Below, piece by piece: positions 1-8,771 of a DNA stretch of 64,000 bases. A program made the position numbers and the translations under genes. The notes beneath the pieces are model-generated. The model was not told where the DNA came from and made no database searches. It was given only the letters and a program-made list of their open reading frames with translations. Numbering within the stretch: position 1 is the first letter of the stretch; every line of letters begins with the position of its first letter. The stretch lies in the IMG/VR virus record IMGVR_UViG_2895847146_000001, positions 53,959 to 117,958 of that record; one strand, given 5' to 3'. The DNA is from a virus. Lineage: Duplodnaviria > Caudoviricetes.

Positions 1-343
1 AACGGCCAGTACTGCAACCGGCGCGGGGGATGAGTTGGAGCAGCATTATTGGAGAAAGCTATACAACCAAGAGGTTGAAGTATATGCCGTTCGCAAAGGT
101 GGTGTTACCACTATCAGTCGCTCTACGGGCCAAACGTTAGTAGTTCAAGCCCCCGTTACAGGCCGCAAAAAGATTGGCTATGGCTGGAATACTTGGACGT
201 TTCAGTATGTGGGGGATGCCTCTATTCTAAATGATGTGGCTGGATATTTTTGGGGCCAAGACTCGCGGGGGTATGGCCCAGGGGGGATAGACTCTAAAAC
301 AGATACTGAAGTCGTTTGGGGCCAGTCGGCCAGTTGCGACTAA
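1..343 (+). CDS. hypothetical protein, 5'-truncated by window
   Basis: Frame open from position 2 to TAA at 343; directly followed by the 347 ORF. Confidence 0.5.
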   Translation, partial: TASTATGAGDELEQHYWRKLYNQEVEVYAVRKGGVTTISRSTGQTLVVQAPVTGRKKIGYGWNTWTFQYVGDASILNDVAGYFWGQDSRGYGPGGIDSKTDTEVVWGQSASCD

Positions 344-346
344 GCC

Positions 347-817
347 GTGATTGCCGAGTTTGAAGCCCGCCTGCACGAAGCATTCCAGCCCTTCCTGCAG
401 CAGGCCCAGCGCCGCCGCAACCGCATCAAGGCCCTGGAAGCCCAGCCCCAGACCGAGGCCACGGCCAAGTCCATAGAGATTGAAAAGCGCGAGGTCAAGA
501 CCATTGTGGAGGCCGCCAAGCAGTTCAACGCCCTCTTTGCCGACATGCGGGCTGCCGTCGAGCACCAGCAGCAAGTCACCGAGAAAATGAAGGCCACCCT
601 CATTCCCGAGGTCGAAAAGGCCGACTACTTCGAAACCCAATTCTTCCGCGCCGTCGATGCCCTGACCGAATACGCCCCTGAACTCCCAGACGAAAAGTGG
701 CCCAGCGTGTTGCTGGCCGGCTATATGTCTATCCTGCGCGTAGTCCACCTGCGCAATGCCCCGGCCACGTACCAGGCCACCTATCCGACGCGCTACCCCA
801 TGCCTGCTCATGCTTGA
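347..817 (+). CDS. hypothetical coiled-coil phage protein
   Basis: 156-aa ORF with coding-like composition; overlaps the helicase start. Confidence 0.7.
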   Translation: MIAEFEARLHEAFQPFLQQAQRRRNRIKALEAQPQTEATAKSIEIEKREVKTIVEAAKQFNALFADMRAAVEHQQQVTEKMKATLIPEVEKADYFETQFFRAVDALTEYAPELPDEKWPSVLLAGYMSILRVVHLRNAPATYQATYPTRYPMPAHA

Positions 818-2330
818 CCTTTCCGAACTAGACGAACCTACCACCCTAGCCGATACCAGCGCGGCCTTGCCAGCCATTGTGCCGCCGCACGCTACGGATG
901 TGGAACGGGTTGTGCTCAACACCATTCTTACCCAACCCGACGGCCTGCGTGTAGCCCTCACTCTACTCAAAGCGCCCGAGGTCTTTTACCAGCCCATCCA
1001 CCGCTTTGCCTACGAAGCGGCCGTGGAGCTGCACGGCGCCGGCCTGGCCGTGGACTACCTTTCCGTTACCGAGCAGCTGCGCACGATGGGCCGGCTTTCC
1101 GCTGCTGGCGGCCCAAACGCCATTGCCACGCTGGCCCGGGTCAACAGCAACCACGACACGGAAACCCACTGTCTGAAGCTGCTCGAATACTACACGCTCC
1201 GCCAAGTACTGGCCGCCGCCCAGCAGATGATCCGCGACGTGCAGGACAGCACCCAGAAGCCGCTGGAAATTGTGGCCAAAGCTCAGCAGGGCCTCAGCGC
1301 CTGTGTCGATGCCATGACCACGCGCAAAGCGCAGTCACTGAACGAGCTATACGACCCGGCATTTCAGGCCATCCAGGATGCCATGACCCGTAAGGGCCTC
1401 GTGGGCGTACCCTCCGGCATTGAGGAAATCGACAAAGTAACCGGAGGCTGGCAGGGCGGTAAATTTATCATCATTGCCGCACGGCCAGGTATGGGCAAAA
1501 CCAGCCTGGGCCTGCAAATGGCTCGCAACGCGGTAGTAGACTTCCGCAAGCCCGGCGCCTTCTTCTCGCTGGAAATGAGCGAGCAGGAACTAGCCATCAA
1601 GCTGATTGCCCTGGAAACCTTGTGCACGGCCAGCGAGCTGACCAAGGGCCAACTACCCGACGGCGTGACACTAGACGATCTGCGTGCCAAATCGAAGAAG
1701 CTCCGCACCGACGGACTACTGTTCGATGATAACAGCAGCCTAACCATTTCGCAGCTGCGGGCCAAGGCTTCGCGCATGAAGGCCGAGCAGGGCATTGAGT
1801 GGATAATGATTGACTACGTGCAATTAATGAAGGGCGAGGGCGGCAAGGCAGGTAACCGCGAGCAGGAGCTGGCGGCCATTTCCCGGGGATGCAAGCAGTT
1901 GGCCAAGGAGCTGAATATTCCTGTGATTGCTTTTGCCCAGCTGAGCCGCATCGTGGAAAACCGGCCAGACAAGAAAGCCCTGCTCAGCGACTTGCGCGAG
2001 TCGGGTGCCCTGGAGCAGGACGCGGACATGGTAATCTTTCCGTGGCGGGCAGAAGCCTACAAAATCACGGAGGACGAAATGGGCAACCCCACAGCCGGCA
2101 CCGCTGAGATTCACATTGCCAAGCACCGAGGCGGGCCAACGGCCAACCCAACGATTATGTGCGACATCCAGTACGGCCGCTTCTACACGCCGGAGCCCGA
2201 CTGGAACAGCTTCCACCAAGTGCCGCCCGAGCCGGAGAACAAGTTTCCCGCCAGCACCTTCGAGGACGACGCGCCCCGCAGCTTCCCGCCCCTGGACCCC
2301 AACAAAGCCACCGACGAAATTCCCTTTTGA
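810..2330 (+). CDS. dnaB: replicative DNA helicase (DnaB family)
   Basis: N-terminal PPHATDVERVVL, Walker A AARPGMGKT, FSLEMS, IDYVQLM, AQLSR and LSDLRESGALEQDAD motifs; ATG at 810. Confidence 0.96.
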   Translation: MLDLSELDEPTTLADTSAALPAIVPPHATDVERVVLNTILTQPDGLRVALTLLKAPEVFYQPIHRFAYEAAVELHGAGLAVDYLSVTEQLRTMGRLSAAGGPNAIATLARVNSNHDTETHCLKLLEYYTLRQVLAAAQQMIRDVQDSTQKPLEIVAKAQQGLSACVDAMTTRKAQSLNELYDPAFQAIQDAMTRKGLVGVPSGIEEIDKVTGGWQGGKFIIIAARPGMGKTSLGLQMARNAVVDFRKPGAFFSLEMSEQELAIKLIALETLCTASELTKGQLPDGVTLDDLRAKSKKLRTDGLLFDDNSSLTISQLRAKASRMKAEQGIEWIMIDYVQLMKGEGGKAGNREQELAAISRGCKQLAKELNIPVIAFAQLSRIVENRPDKKALLSDLRESGALEQDADMVIFPWRAEAYKITEDEMGNPTAGTAEIHIAKHRGGPTANPTIMCDIQYGRFYTPEPDWNSFHQVPPEPENKFPASTFEDDAPRSFPPLDPNKATDEIPF

Positions 2331-2332
2331 CC

Positions 2333-2506
2333 ATGAAGCAGCCCCACGAGTACCTGCCCACGCCGACGGCCTCGCCCCTGGGCCTTGTCATTCCGCACGC
2401 CCAAGCCGTGGCCGCCATCGAGGCCGCGCTACAGGACGCCGAGAAGTACCGCACCCTGCTTCAAAAAGCTATTCGAAACTCTCAATCACCTCATTATGGC
2501 AGATAA
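2333..2506 (+). CDS. small hypothetical protein
   Basis: ATG 2 nt after the dnaB stop; overlaps the next gene. Confidence 0.5.
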   Translation: MKQPHEYLPTPTASPLGLVIPHAQAVAAIEAALQDAEKYRTLLQKAIRNSQSPHYGR

Positions 2507-3149
2507 TAAAGAACAAGCGTTTTGCGCCATTGTCACGGCACGCCTGACCGAGGACGGCTGGGCCATCTACCAGGAGGTAGAAACACCCGTGGGACGCGCC
2601 GATATTGTAGCCGTTCGGGACGGAATACGCTGGGCTGTTGAGGTGAAAACATCCATGAACTTGGCCGTCATGGACCAAGCCCGCGCCAACGCTGCCTACT
2701 TCCACTACAGCTCAGTGGCTGTAGCCGCGCCAAAAGGCGGGCCAGTAACGCGGTCCTGGCGCTTCGCTGAAGAATGCGGGCAGGTATTTGGCTTCGGTGT
2801 GATTTCTCTTCACCCCAAGTCACACGAAACGCAAATGATGCGCACTCGCTCCCGGGGCCGCCTGAACCGCCGACCACTACCTGTAAAGCTCCACGAGGAG
2901 CAAAAAAGCGAAGTGCAGGCCGGCAGCAACCGGGGCGGTCAGTGGACCACCTTTAAAAGTACACTGCGCAACCTGGAAATAGCCGTGCGTCACTCCCCGG
3001 GCATTCGGCTCCGGGATGCTATCAAGCGAATCTCGCATCACTACAGCAACGAGCCCTCCGCCACCGGCTCTATTTCTCGCTACATCCGAACCGGAGTTAT
3101 TAAAACGCTTCGACTTGAAAACGGCCTTCTCTACGAGGCAAAGCCATAA
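2496..3149 (+). CDS. PD-(D/E)XK-fold nuclease-like protein with C-terminal HTH-like region
   Basis: QEV...GRADIV...AVEVKTS motif. Confidence 0.7.
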   Translation: MADNKEQAFCAIVTARLTEDGWAIYQEVETPVGRADIVAVRDGIRWAVEVKTSMNLAVMDQARANAAYFHYSSVAVAAPKGGPVTRSWRFAEECGQVFGFGVISLHPKSHETQMMRTRSRGRLNRRPLPVKLHEEQKSEVQAGSNRGGQWTTFKSTLRNLEIAVRHSPGIRLRDAIKRISHHYSNEPSATGSISRYIRTGVIKTLRLENGLLYEAKP

Positions 3150-3193
3150 TCTAACATTTCACTTTTTCCATTCACTTTTTCCCCTTTTACCCC

Positions 3194-3583
3194 ATGAGTA
3201 CTTCGTTCACCACCACCGGCACCATCAGCCACATTTTCGAAGAACGTCAGGTTTCTGAGAAATTCCGCCTGCAGGAATTCGCTATTTCGGTACCCGACGG
3301 CAACTACCCGCAGACCATCAAGTTTCAGGTGACCAATGACCGCATCGACCTGCTTTCCCCCTACGCCGTGGGCCAGGAAATAGAGGTGAGTTTCAACCTA
3401 CGCGGCCGGGAGTTTACCAAGAACGGCCAGGTCAGCGTCTTTAACTCGCTCGATGCGTGGAAGATTCAGACGCCCGGCCAGGGCCAGCAGCCCGCCCAGA
3501 GCGCCAACAAGAACCCGAACCTGCGGGCTCAGCCAGCCGCAGCACCCGCCGCCAACGACGAGGATAATGACCTGCCGTTTTAG
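3194..3583 (+). CDS. DUF3127-family single-stranded DNA-binding protein
   Basis: YPQTIKFQV, VSFNLRGRE and FNSLDAWKI motifs; acidic DNDLPF tail. Confidence 0.9.
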   Translation: MSTSFTTTGTISHIFEERQVSEKFRLQEFAISVPDGNYPQTIKFQVTNDRIDLLSPYAVGQEIEVSFNLRGREFTKNGQVSVFNSLDAWKIQTPGQGQQPAQSANKNPNLRAQPAAAPAANDEDNDLPF

Positions 3584-3651
3584 CAAGTGATTGATTATCA
3601 ATTGTTTAATAGCCTCGCCGGTTCTACTGGCGGGGCTTAACAAACCCAGCC

Positions 3652-4089
3652 ATGACTAAAGAACAATTAGCCGCCAGCCTAGACGGCTGCCAGTACCGCG
3701 ACGAAGTGAATAAGGAGTGGGCCAAGATTGCTGAAGAAGCGGGCCTGATTGTCGTTTTCGGCGCCTCTGACGACCTAATGGAGGTTCGCGGAGCAGTAGA
3801 TGATGAGCTTAATGCTTGGGATGGTGTGGAGGCCGTGTTTTACAAGCATAATACAGGCTTTTCCGTTATCGAGAACAACAGTGAAACCATCCGGGAAATT
3901 GAGGACGACTTTCACCTGTATAAGGCGCTTGGTGCTATGTTAGACCGCCATAACCTAGTTCGTATCACACCCGCCAAAGACTGCCAGTGGGACGTAATCA
4001 CCACCCTACCCCACGCCAAATTCGATGTAAAGGAAGAGGAAGACTTGTACTGTCGCGCCGTCGTTATCGACATTAAAGACCTGAAGTAG
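3652..4089 (+). CDS. conserved phage protein
   Basis: GLIVVFGASDDLMEVRGAVDDE motif common in phage ORFs. Confidence 0.75.
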   Translation: MTKEQLAASLDGCQYRDEVNKEWAKIAEEAGLIVVFGASDDLMEVRGAVDDELNAWDGVEAVFYKHNTGFSVIENNSETIREIEDDFHLYKALGAMLDRHNLVRITPAKDCQWDVITTLPHAKFDVKEEEDLYCRAVVIDIKDLK

Positions 4090-4092
4090 GTA

Positions 4093-4632
4093 ATGGCACG
4101 CATCGGCCTCAGCCAAGAACAACTCGACAAGCTCACCCAGCGCAATCCGCACCTGCGGGTTGCTGCTGCGGAGCGGCCGGCGCCCACGGCGAAAGTGGTG
4201 CCGCACCCGGCCGTGCAGGAATTCATTGACCGCATACAGACGGAATCCGCTATAGCTCCGTTAGTATTTATAGTCGAGCCAATGGGCGCCCCACGGCAAA
4301 CGCGCAAAGACAAATGGGCCAACCCGCCCCGGGAGGTGATTGCCCGCTACCGGGCCACCAAGGACGTCATTCGCGCCCAGGCCCTGCAGCAGGGCTACGA
4401 GCTGGGGCCGACCCTGCACATTTGCTTCGAAGTATCCATGCCAGCCAGCTGGTCCAACAAAAAGAAAGACCAGCTACGCGGTAAGCCGCATCAGCAGAAA
4501 CCGGATGTGGACAACATGAGCAAGTTGTGGATGGATGCTTTTCATATTGACGACAGCCACGTTCACACCCTCCACGCCTCCAAGGTGTGGGCCGATACCG
4601 GCCGCATCTTGGTCTATCCAGAAAAACCATGA
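4093..4632 (+). CDS. rusA: RusA-family Holliday junction resolvase
   Basis: HQQKPDVDNMSKLWMDA...DDSHV motif. Confidence 0.9.
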   Translation: MARIGLSQEQLDKLTQRNPHLRVAAAERPAPTAKVVPHPAVQEFIDRIQTESAIAPLVFIVEPMGAPRQTRKDKWANPPREVIARYRATKDVIRAQALQQGYELGPTLHICFEVSMPASWSNKKKDQLRGKPHQQKPDVDNMSKLWMDAFHIDDSHVHTLHASKVWADTGRILVYPEKP

Positions 4633-5126
4633 GCACTACCCTAGAAATACTACAAGCCTACCCGCTGGGCACCCTAGAAGTGGAAGTAATGAACCGCTTC
4701 AGTGGCAACTCATTTCGCGCATGGGTGCGCGGGCTTCAGGTTGGGGCTGTTGGCGTTGAAGTTGAAAAGGAGGGAGCGAACGGCTACACCTCTTTTCACG
4801 ACCTAGAATATGTAACCCCGGTCCTCCGCTCCTTTGAAGACCTCTGCATTCCCTTAGAAGATGGGACAGTACCAGCGGTAGAAGTAGCAAAAATCATAGG
4901 GCCAGATAAATACGATTGGGCTAGAGCAAGGGCTGAATCCTTTAACGGGCACAAATACATCGTTGTCTTTCATCATAACGGGTCAGAGCTATTCACCCTC
5001 TACAATGATGATTACGGGCTAAGCGAGTGCAGCCTACATGATGGACTAAGGGCTATTGCCTACCTACGCTCCAAGCACTTCGCAGTGAATCTGACCCCCG
5101 ACCAGTACATCCGAAAGACCGCATGA
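4629..5126 (+). CDS. hypothetical protein
   Basis: ATGA overlap with rusA; coding-like ORF. Confidence 0.7.
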   Translation: MSTTLEILQAYPLGTLEVEVMNRFSGNSFRAWVRGLQVGAVGVEVEKEGANGYTSFHDLEYVTPVLRSFEDLCIPLEDGTVPAVEVAKIIGPDKYDWARARAESFNGHKYIVVFHHNGSELFTLYNDDYGLSECSLHDGLRAIAYLRSKHFAVNLTPDQYIRKTA

Positions 5127-5290
5127 GCACCGACCGGCCCCGTGCCAGCGTGCTGGCCTGCCACCGCAAGCCGCAGTATAAAACCAAGAAGGACGCCGAG
5201 CACGCAAACCGCTTCATTCAGCAGTACGAGGCGTTGGCCTACCGCTGCAAGCACTGCCGAAAATTCCACACCATCATCATTCAATACTGA
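5123..5290 (+). CDS. small Zn-finger-like protein (55 aa; not in the ORF track)
   Basis: MSTDRPRASVLACHRKPQY...AYRCKHCRKFH; ATGA overlap with the upstream stop. Confidence 0.65.
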   Translation: MSTDRPRASVLACHRKPQYKTKKDAEHANRFIQQYEALAYRCKHCRKFHTIIIQY

Positions 5291-5292
5291 GC

Positions 5293-5466
5293 ATGTACCC
5301 ACAAGCGAGGCCGCAGGACAAAAGCCGGGAAATCTTTCTGGACGCACGCGGCAACCTGTGCAGAGCCAGTCTGATGTTTCCCGGCGTCCTGCGCACTATC
5401 ACCCACCTGCACGTCCCCCAGGGGTTGCCGGAACTGCCCCAATATATTGCCTTCAGCACTCTTTAG
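5293..5466 (+). CDS. small hypothetical protein (57 aa)
   Basis: ATG 2 nt after the previous stop; fills the operon gap. Confidence 0.45.
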   Translation: MYPQARPQDKSREIFLDARGNLCRASLMFPGVLRTITHLHVPQGLPELPQYIAFSTL

Positions 5467-5493
5467 CCCCCCCCCTCACAAAGACCCAAGACC

Positions 5494-5706
5494 ATGATCC
5501 AGGATTCAGATTGTCAAGATTTTATAGAAATCCAAGCCCGTTTTACTGTCCATATCGGCCAAGGTGGGGTAAGAGAGGAAACGGTAACGGTAGAAGTGCC
5601 TGCTCACTGGGACCAACTCAGTGACAATCAGAAGCGAGAATACCTCTTTGATGATTGGAAGGAGTGGGCTTATCAGTACGTCGATGGTAGCTACGACCCC
5701 ATCTAA
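5494..5706 (+). CDS. small acidic phage protein
   Basis: ORF with typical EYLFDDWKEWAYQYVD ending. Confidence 0.7.
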   Translation: MIQDSDCQDFIEIQARFTVHIGQGGVREETVTVEVPAHWDQLSDNQKREYLFDDWKEWAYQYVDGSYDPI

Positions 5707-5781
5707 GTCAACCCATCCAGCGAGGCCGCAGCCAAGTTGCATTTGCCCCTGTAAGCTCTTACTGCTTGAAAACGAAGAACA

Positions 5782-6081
5782 ATGAAGACGCCCCTATTCC
5801 ACGTCGGTCAGCAAATAGTCTGCACCAACGACGACTTTACCCTGCTGCTGGTCCAGAACCCGAACATCGAGGCGCCCAAGCGCGGCCCGATCTACACTGT
5901 GCGCCAGAACTGCATTTTCCCGCACGCCGTCGGGCTGTTGCTGGAGGAGATTCGCAATGAGCACGTAGCGCCGGGCTTTCCAGAGGCAAATTTCAACCAA
6001 GACCGGTTCGCCCCCGTGCCGCCCGTCGAGGAAATCAGCCTGGCAGCCGTTTTTGAGGAATCACTTTCTACACCTGCATAA
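5782..6081 (+). CDS. hypothetical protein (SH3-like FHVGQQIVC...YTVR...RFAP family)
   Basis: Motif pattern common in phage ORFs. Confidence 0.7.
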   Translation: MKTPLFHVGQQIVCTNDDFTLLLVQNPNIEAPKRGPIYTVRQNCIFPHAVGLLLEEIRNEHVAPGFPEANFNQDRFAPVPPVEEISLAAVFEESLSTPA

Positions 6082-6084
6082 GAA

Positions 6085-6288
6085 ATGGAAATCACCCTAT
6101 TATTCCTCGGCACCAACGACACCCAGCCCTCGCAGGCTTACGCGCCCTGGGCGGCCAGACTTATGCGACGCCGCACCGGAACACCTCGATTAGCCTACCC
6201 CGTAAGCACAAAAACGCGGCGCCGTGCCCAGGCCAGCGCCCGCCATTTCAAACAATGGATATTGAAAACACATGGACGCACCCAATAA
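6085..6288 (+). CDS. small basic hypothetical protein
   Basis: In-operon ORF. Confidence 0.45.
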   Translation: MEITLLFLGTNDTQPSQAYAPWAARLMRRRTGTPRLAYPVSTKTRRRAQASARHFKQWILKTHGRTQ

Positions 6289-6562
6289 CAAAATAAACAG
6301 AGGGCAGCGACTCCGGGAGTTGGGGTTTCGGCCGACGGGCTTCACAATGTTCGATTCTTGGGGCGAGCCCACCGACTACAATAGTTATTCCTGTTCCGTA
6401 TGGGAAAACGAGGCTGGCCACAGGGCGACGGCATATGAAGACCCTCAGCAAACCGTAGTATTCGACCCACCCCTGACCATCGACCACGGCCTGCACACCC
6501 CGAATATTAACAGGCATGCGCTGGCCCTCTTCACAGGGGTGTTGATTGCCAAGAGCCGCTAA
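6272..6562 (+). CDS. hypothetical protein
   Basis: In-operon ORF ending just before a terminator. Confidence 0.6.
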   Translation: MDAPNNKINRGQRLRELGFRPTGFTMFDSWGEPTDYNSYSCSVWENEAGHRATAYEDPQQTVVFDPPLTIDHGLHTPNINRHALALFTGVLIAKSR

Positions 6563-6566
6563 AGAG

Positions 6567-6595
6567 AAAAGCCCGCCTAACCAGCGGGCTTTTTT
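6567..6595 (+). terminator. intrinsic terminator
   Basis: AAAAGCCCGC-loop-GCGGGCTTTTTT. Confidence 0.85.
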
Positions 6596-6643
6596 ATTGC
6601 GCAAACCAACGTATCTTCCGGGCAAGCTATACCTGTACGCCCG

Positions 6644-7096
6644 ATGAAATCCCTCTTCTACACCCTCTTGTTGACCGCAGCCCTGGCCGGCTGCAGTAAA
6701 GAGTCGAACCCTGGGCCAGCCACCCCTCCACCCCCGCCAGCGACTGATAATACAGTCTACCTGCGCGTGACGGCTGACAACGTGCAGCCTGGCCAGAAGG
6801 CATTTGTGCAGCAAGTAGGCACGCTGAAGGATGCGGTGACGCTTACCCTGCCAGCTGGAGCCTCCTCGCCGGCCAAGCAGATAGCCAACGAGAAGTCCGT
6901 GTTTGTCAAGGGCCAGCAAGTCCAGTTTGGCGTCTACACCAGCACGCAGCCGACCAAAGGCACCGGCACCATCCTGGCCGAGCTGGTACGCGGCACTACC
7001 GTTCTTTCCAGCGTTACCTGGGACAACGCCAGCCCACCCGCCTGGGACCAGCCGAGCCAGAGCGCGGTAGTCAATAAGACCATTACCCTGCCCTAA
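6644..7096 (+). CDS. lipoprotein (moron-like, independently transcribed)
   Basis: Signal peptide with LAGC lipobox and Pro-rich linker; flanked by two terminators. Confidence 0.85.
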   Translation: MKSLFYTLLLTAALAGCSKESNPGPATPPPPPATDNTVYLRVTADNVQPGQKAFVQQVGTLKDAVTLTLPAGASSPAKQIANEKSVFVKGQQVQFGVYTSTQPTKGTGTILAELVRGTTVLSSVTWDNASPPAWDQPSQSAVVNKTITLP

Positions 7097-7099
7097 TAC

Positions 7100-7136
7100 A
7101 AAAAGCCCCGCCGTACTGCTACGGCGGGGCTTTTTT
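7100..7136. terminator. bidirectional intrinsic terminator at the early/late convergence
   Basis: AAAAAGCCCCGCCGTA-CTGC-TACGGCGGGGCTTTTTT. Confidence 0.9.
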
Positions 7137-7139
7137 AGC

Positions 7140-7290
7140 AAAGCTGCATTTCTTCCACTTGGCTCAGCCAAGGACACTTTGCGTTCCGCTTCACAGCGGG
7201 AACCTGCTCCACACATTCCAACAGCAGGTAATTTCACGAGGGCACTGCTTTCGCATTCAGTTTGCAACCTGATTTTCAGCCCTTGTATTG
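7140..7290 (-). ncRNA. putative structured ncRNA (multi-hairpin)
   Basis: No credible ORF; stems AGGGC/GCCCT, TGC-GAAA-GCA, ACCTGCT/AGCAGGT, CCGCT-GTGA-AGCGG, CTTGG/CCAAG. Confidence 0.45.
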
Positions 7291-7437
7291 TAGAGAGGGC
7301 GGGATTGGATACCCGCAAGCCACGTTCTGCAAGCCAACTTTCATTCCTGGCCTCCCGGCCCTTGCAGAGCACATGCTTGGCCGAAGCCGCACAACAAGGA
7401 GGATTTTACATATCCAGGGGCAATTGCCAACCTCTCT
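7291..7437 (-). ncRNA. tRNA-like RNA with very long variable arm
   Basis: Acceptor AGAGAGG/CCTCTCT+A; T-arm GCGGG-TATCCAAT-CCCGC; anticodon-like arm GGAT-ATGTAAA-ATCC. Confidence 0.6.
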
Positions 7438-7469
7438 ATTCTGTCAGCCGCTCGATTGGCGGCTGTATT

Positions 7470-7688
7470 CTACTGCATTGCTTCCAAGTCCCGCCGCGCC
7501 TTGTTCCACGTCAGTAGGTGCAGCTCGAAGTTGGCCGCGTCCTGGATGCGTTTTTCGGCCACGGCCTTATCAAACCACTGTTGCTGACGCTGCTGCTCCC
7601 GACGGATGTAGTTTAGCGCATCCTGAAACGAGGGCCCGGGCTGTTTCGGCGTATAGAGCCACGAGAAGAATTTGCAAAGGAAGTCCAC
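7470..7688 (-). CDS. hypothetical protein
   Basis: 72-aa ORF in the minus-strand operon (GTG start). Confidence 0.55.
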   Translation of the reverse strand: MDFLCKFFSWLYTPKQPGPSFQDALNYIRREQQRQQQWFDKAVAEKRIQDAANFELHLLTWNKARRDLEAMQ

Positions 7689-7690
7689 GG

Positions 7691-8230
7691 CTACTTTTCG
7701 ATTTCGATATGAATATCATGCGGGGCTGGCTGGCTGCCGCCGAAATACAGGGAGTGCGTCAGGCCATAGCGTGGAACGCTAATTGTGTCTACCACGCGTA
7801 TACAACCTATTAATCCATCGTCTTCAGCGAGAAAGGCATACTTGGGCAAACTAGATCCAGAAGACCACTGAAAGCACTTCTCAATTGTTAACCGAACCTT
7901 CTGCCCGAGCTTTACCTGGGCCACCAGCGGAAACTCCATCTGCTCGTTCCAGTTGCGTCGGCCGTTGACGTAGCAATACGCCAGCAGGTCGATGCACTGG
8001 TCTTGCTCGTTCCAGCGCCACCCAAAGCGAGCGGAATTTTCATGCACGGCGAAGAAGCCGAAGCTCAGCCCGAACAGCTTGTTTACGTCCAGGCTGTTAT
8101 ACTGCGGTAGCGTGTAGCGGCAGGACTCCCCGAAGGTGACATACCGCGAAATGCTCTTGCGGCCCAGATGCGGCCACGAAGAGAACAGGCGGTTGTCCTG
8201 GTGCTTGCCTTGCTTGATGGTGTGCCGCAT
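7691..8230 (-). CDS. conserved Bacteroidota phage protein (beta-sandwich-like)
   Basis: NKLFGLS...HENSARFGWRW...YFGG...APHDI motifs. Confidence 0.8.
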   Translation of the reverse strand: MRHTIKQGKHQDNRLFSSWPHLGRKSISRYVTFGESCRYTLPQYNSLDVNKLFGLSFGFFAVHENSARFGWRWNEQDQCIDLLAYCYVNGRRNWNEQMEFPLVAQVKLGQKVRLTIEKCFQWSSGSSLPKYAFLAEDDGLIGCIRVVDTISVPRYGLTHSLYFGGSQPAPHDIHIEIEK

Positions 8231-8445
8231 TACAGCTCGCCCTGATTACGATGCTCAGCCCGGCGCTCATTGGTAAAAGCGCCATACACAGCAAACAGGA
8301 AAGTGGGCAGTGCCACGAAGCCCGAGCCGTAGGATAGCCAGCCGAAGGTCAGCGGCGTAATCAGGTAGTAGTCGGCCAGCGTGGCAAGGAAGAAGACGGC
8401 CAGAACGATACCGGTAGGGAGTGCTTTGGGTGCTTTGATTGCCAT
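8230..8445 (-). CDS. small two-TM membrane protein
   Basis: ATG at 8445; two hydrophobic segments. The longer start would overlap tRNA-Trp. Confidence 0.65.
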   Translation of the reverse strand: MAIKAPKALPTGIVLAVFFLATLADYYLITPLTFGWLSYGSGFVALPTFLFAVYGAFTNERRAEHRNQGEL

Positions 8446-8470
8446 GTCGTGAGAATAAATGCGTGAAAAA

Positions 8471-8544
8471 TGGCACACCCTCGTTGGTTCGAACAACGCG
8501 CCCTCGGATTTGGAGTCCAAGGAGCCTCCACTGGCTCCGGGTGC
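8471..8544 (-). tRNA. tRNA-Trp (CCA), short D-arm, encoded CCA end
   Basis: Anticodon arm TTGGA-CTCCAAA-TCCGA; T-arm CGTTG-TTCGAAC-CAACG. Confidence 0.8.
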
Positions 8545-8552
8545 AAGTAAAG

Positions 8553-8624
8553 GGTGTTAGCGGGAGTCGAACCCTGTCCTCCGCATTCACAGTGCGGCGC
8601 TCTAACCAATTAAGCTACTAACAC
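8553..8624 (-). tRNA. tRNA-His (GTG)
   Basis: Acceptor GTGTTAG/CTAACAC+C73; anticodon arm CCGCA-CTGTGAA-TGCGG. Confidence 0.85.
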
Positions 8625-8626
8625 AG

Positions 8627-8700
8627 TCGGGGTGGCAGGACTCGAACCTGCGGCCTCCTGCTCCCAAAGCAGGCATCATAGCCAACTAGACCACACCCCG
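8627..8700 (-). tRNA. tRNA-Pro (TGG)
   Basis: CGGGGTG/CACCCCG acceptor; CCTGC-TTTGGGA-GCAGG; canonical T-arm. Confidence 0.92.
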
Positions 8701-8771
8701 GGTTGGCTTATTTCGCGTGGGAGCCACCCACCAAAGAACGAGCCGCTTGCCTATACTGCGACGAAGGTGTT

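Noticed and set aside
7291-7437. tmRNA or group I intron-containing tRNA
   Set aside because: Too short, no G3-U70 Ala identity or tag ORF, and no group I core visible.
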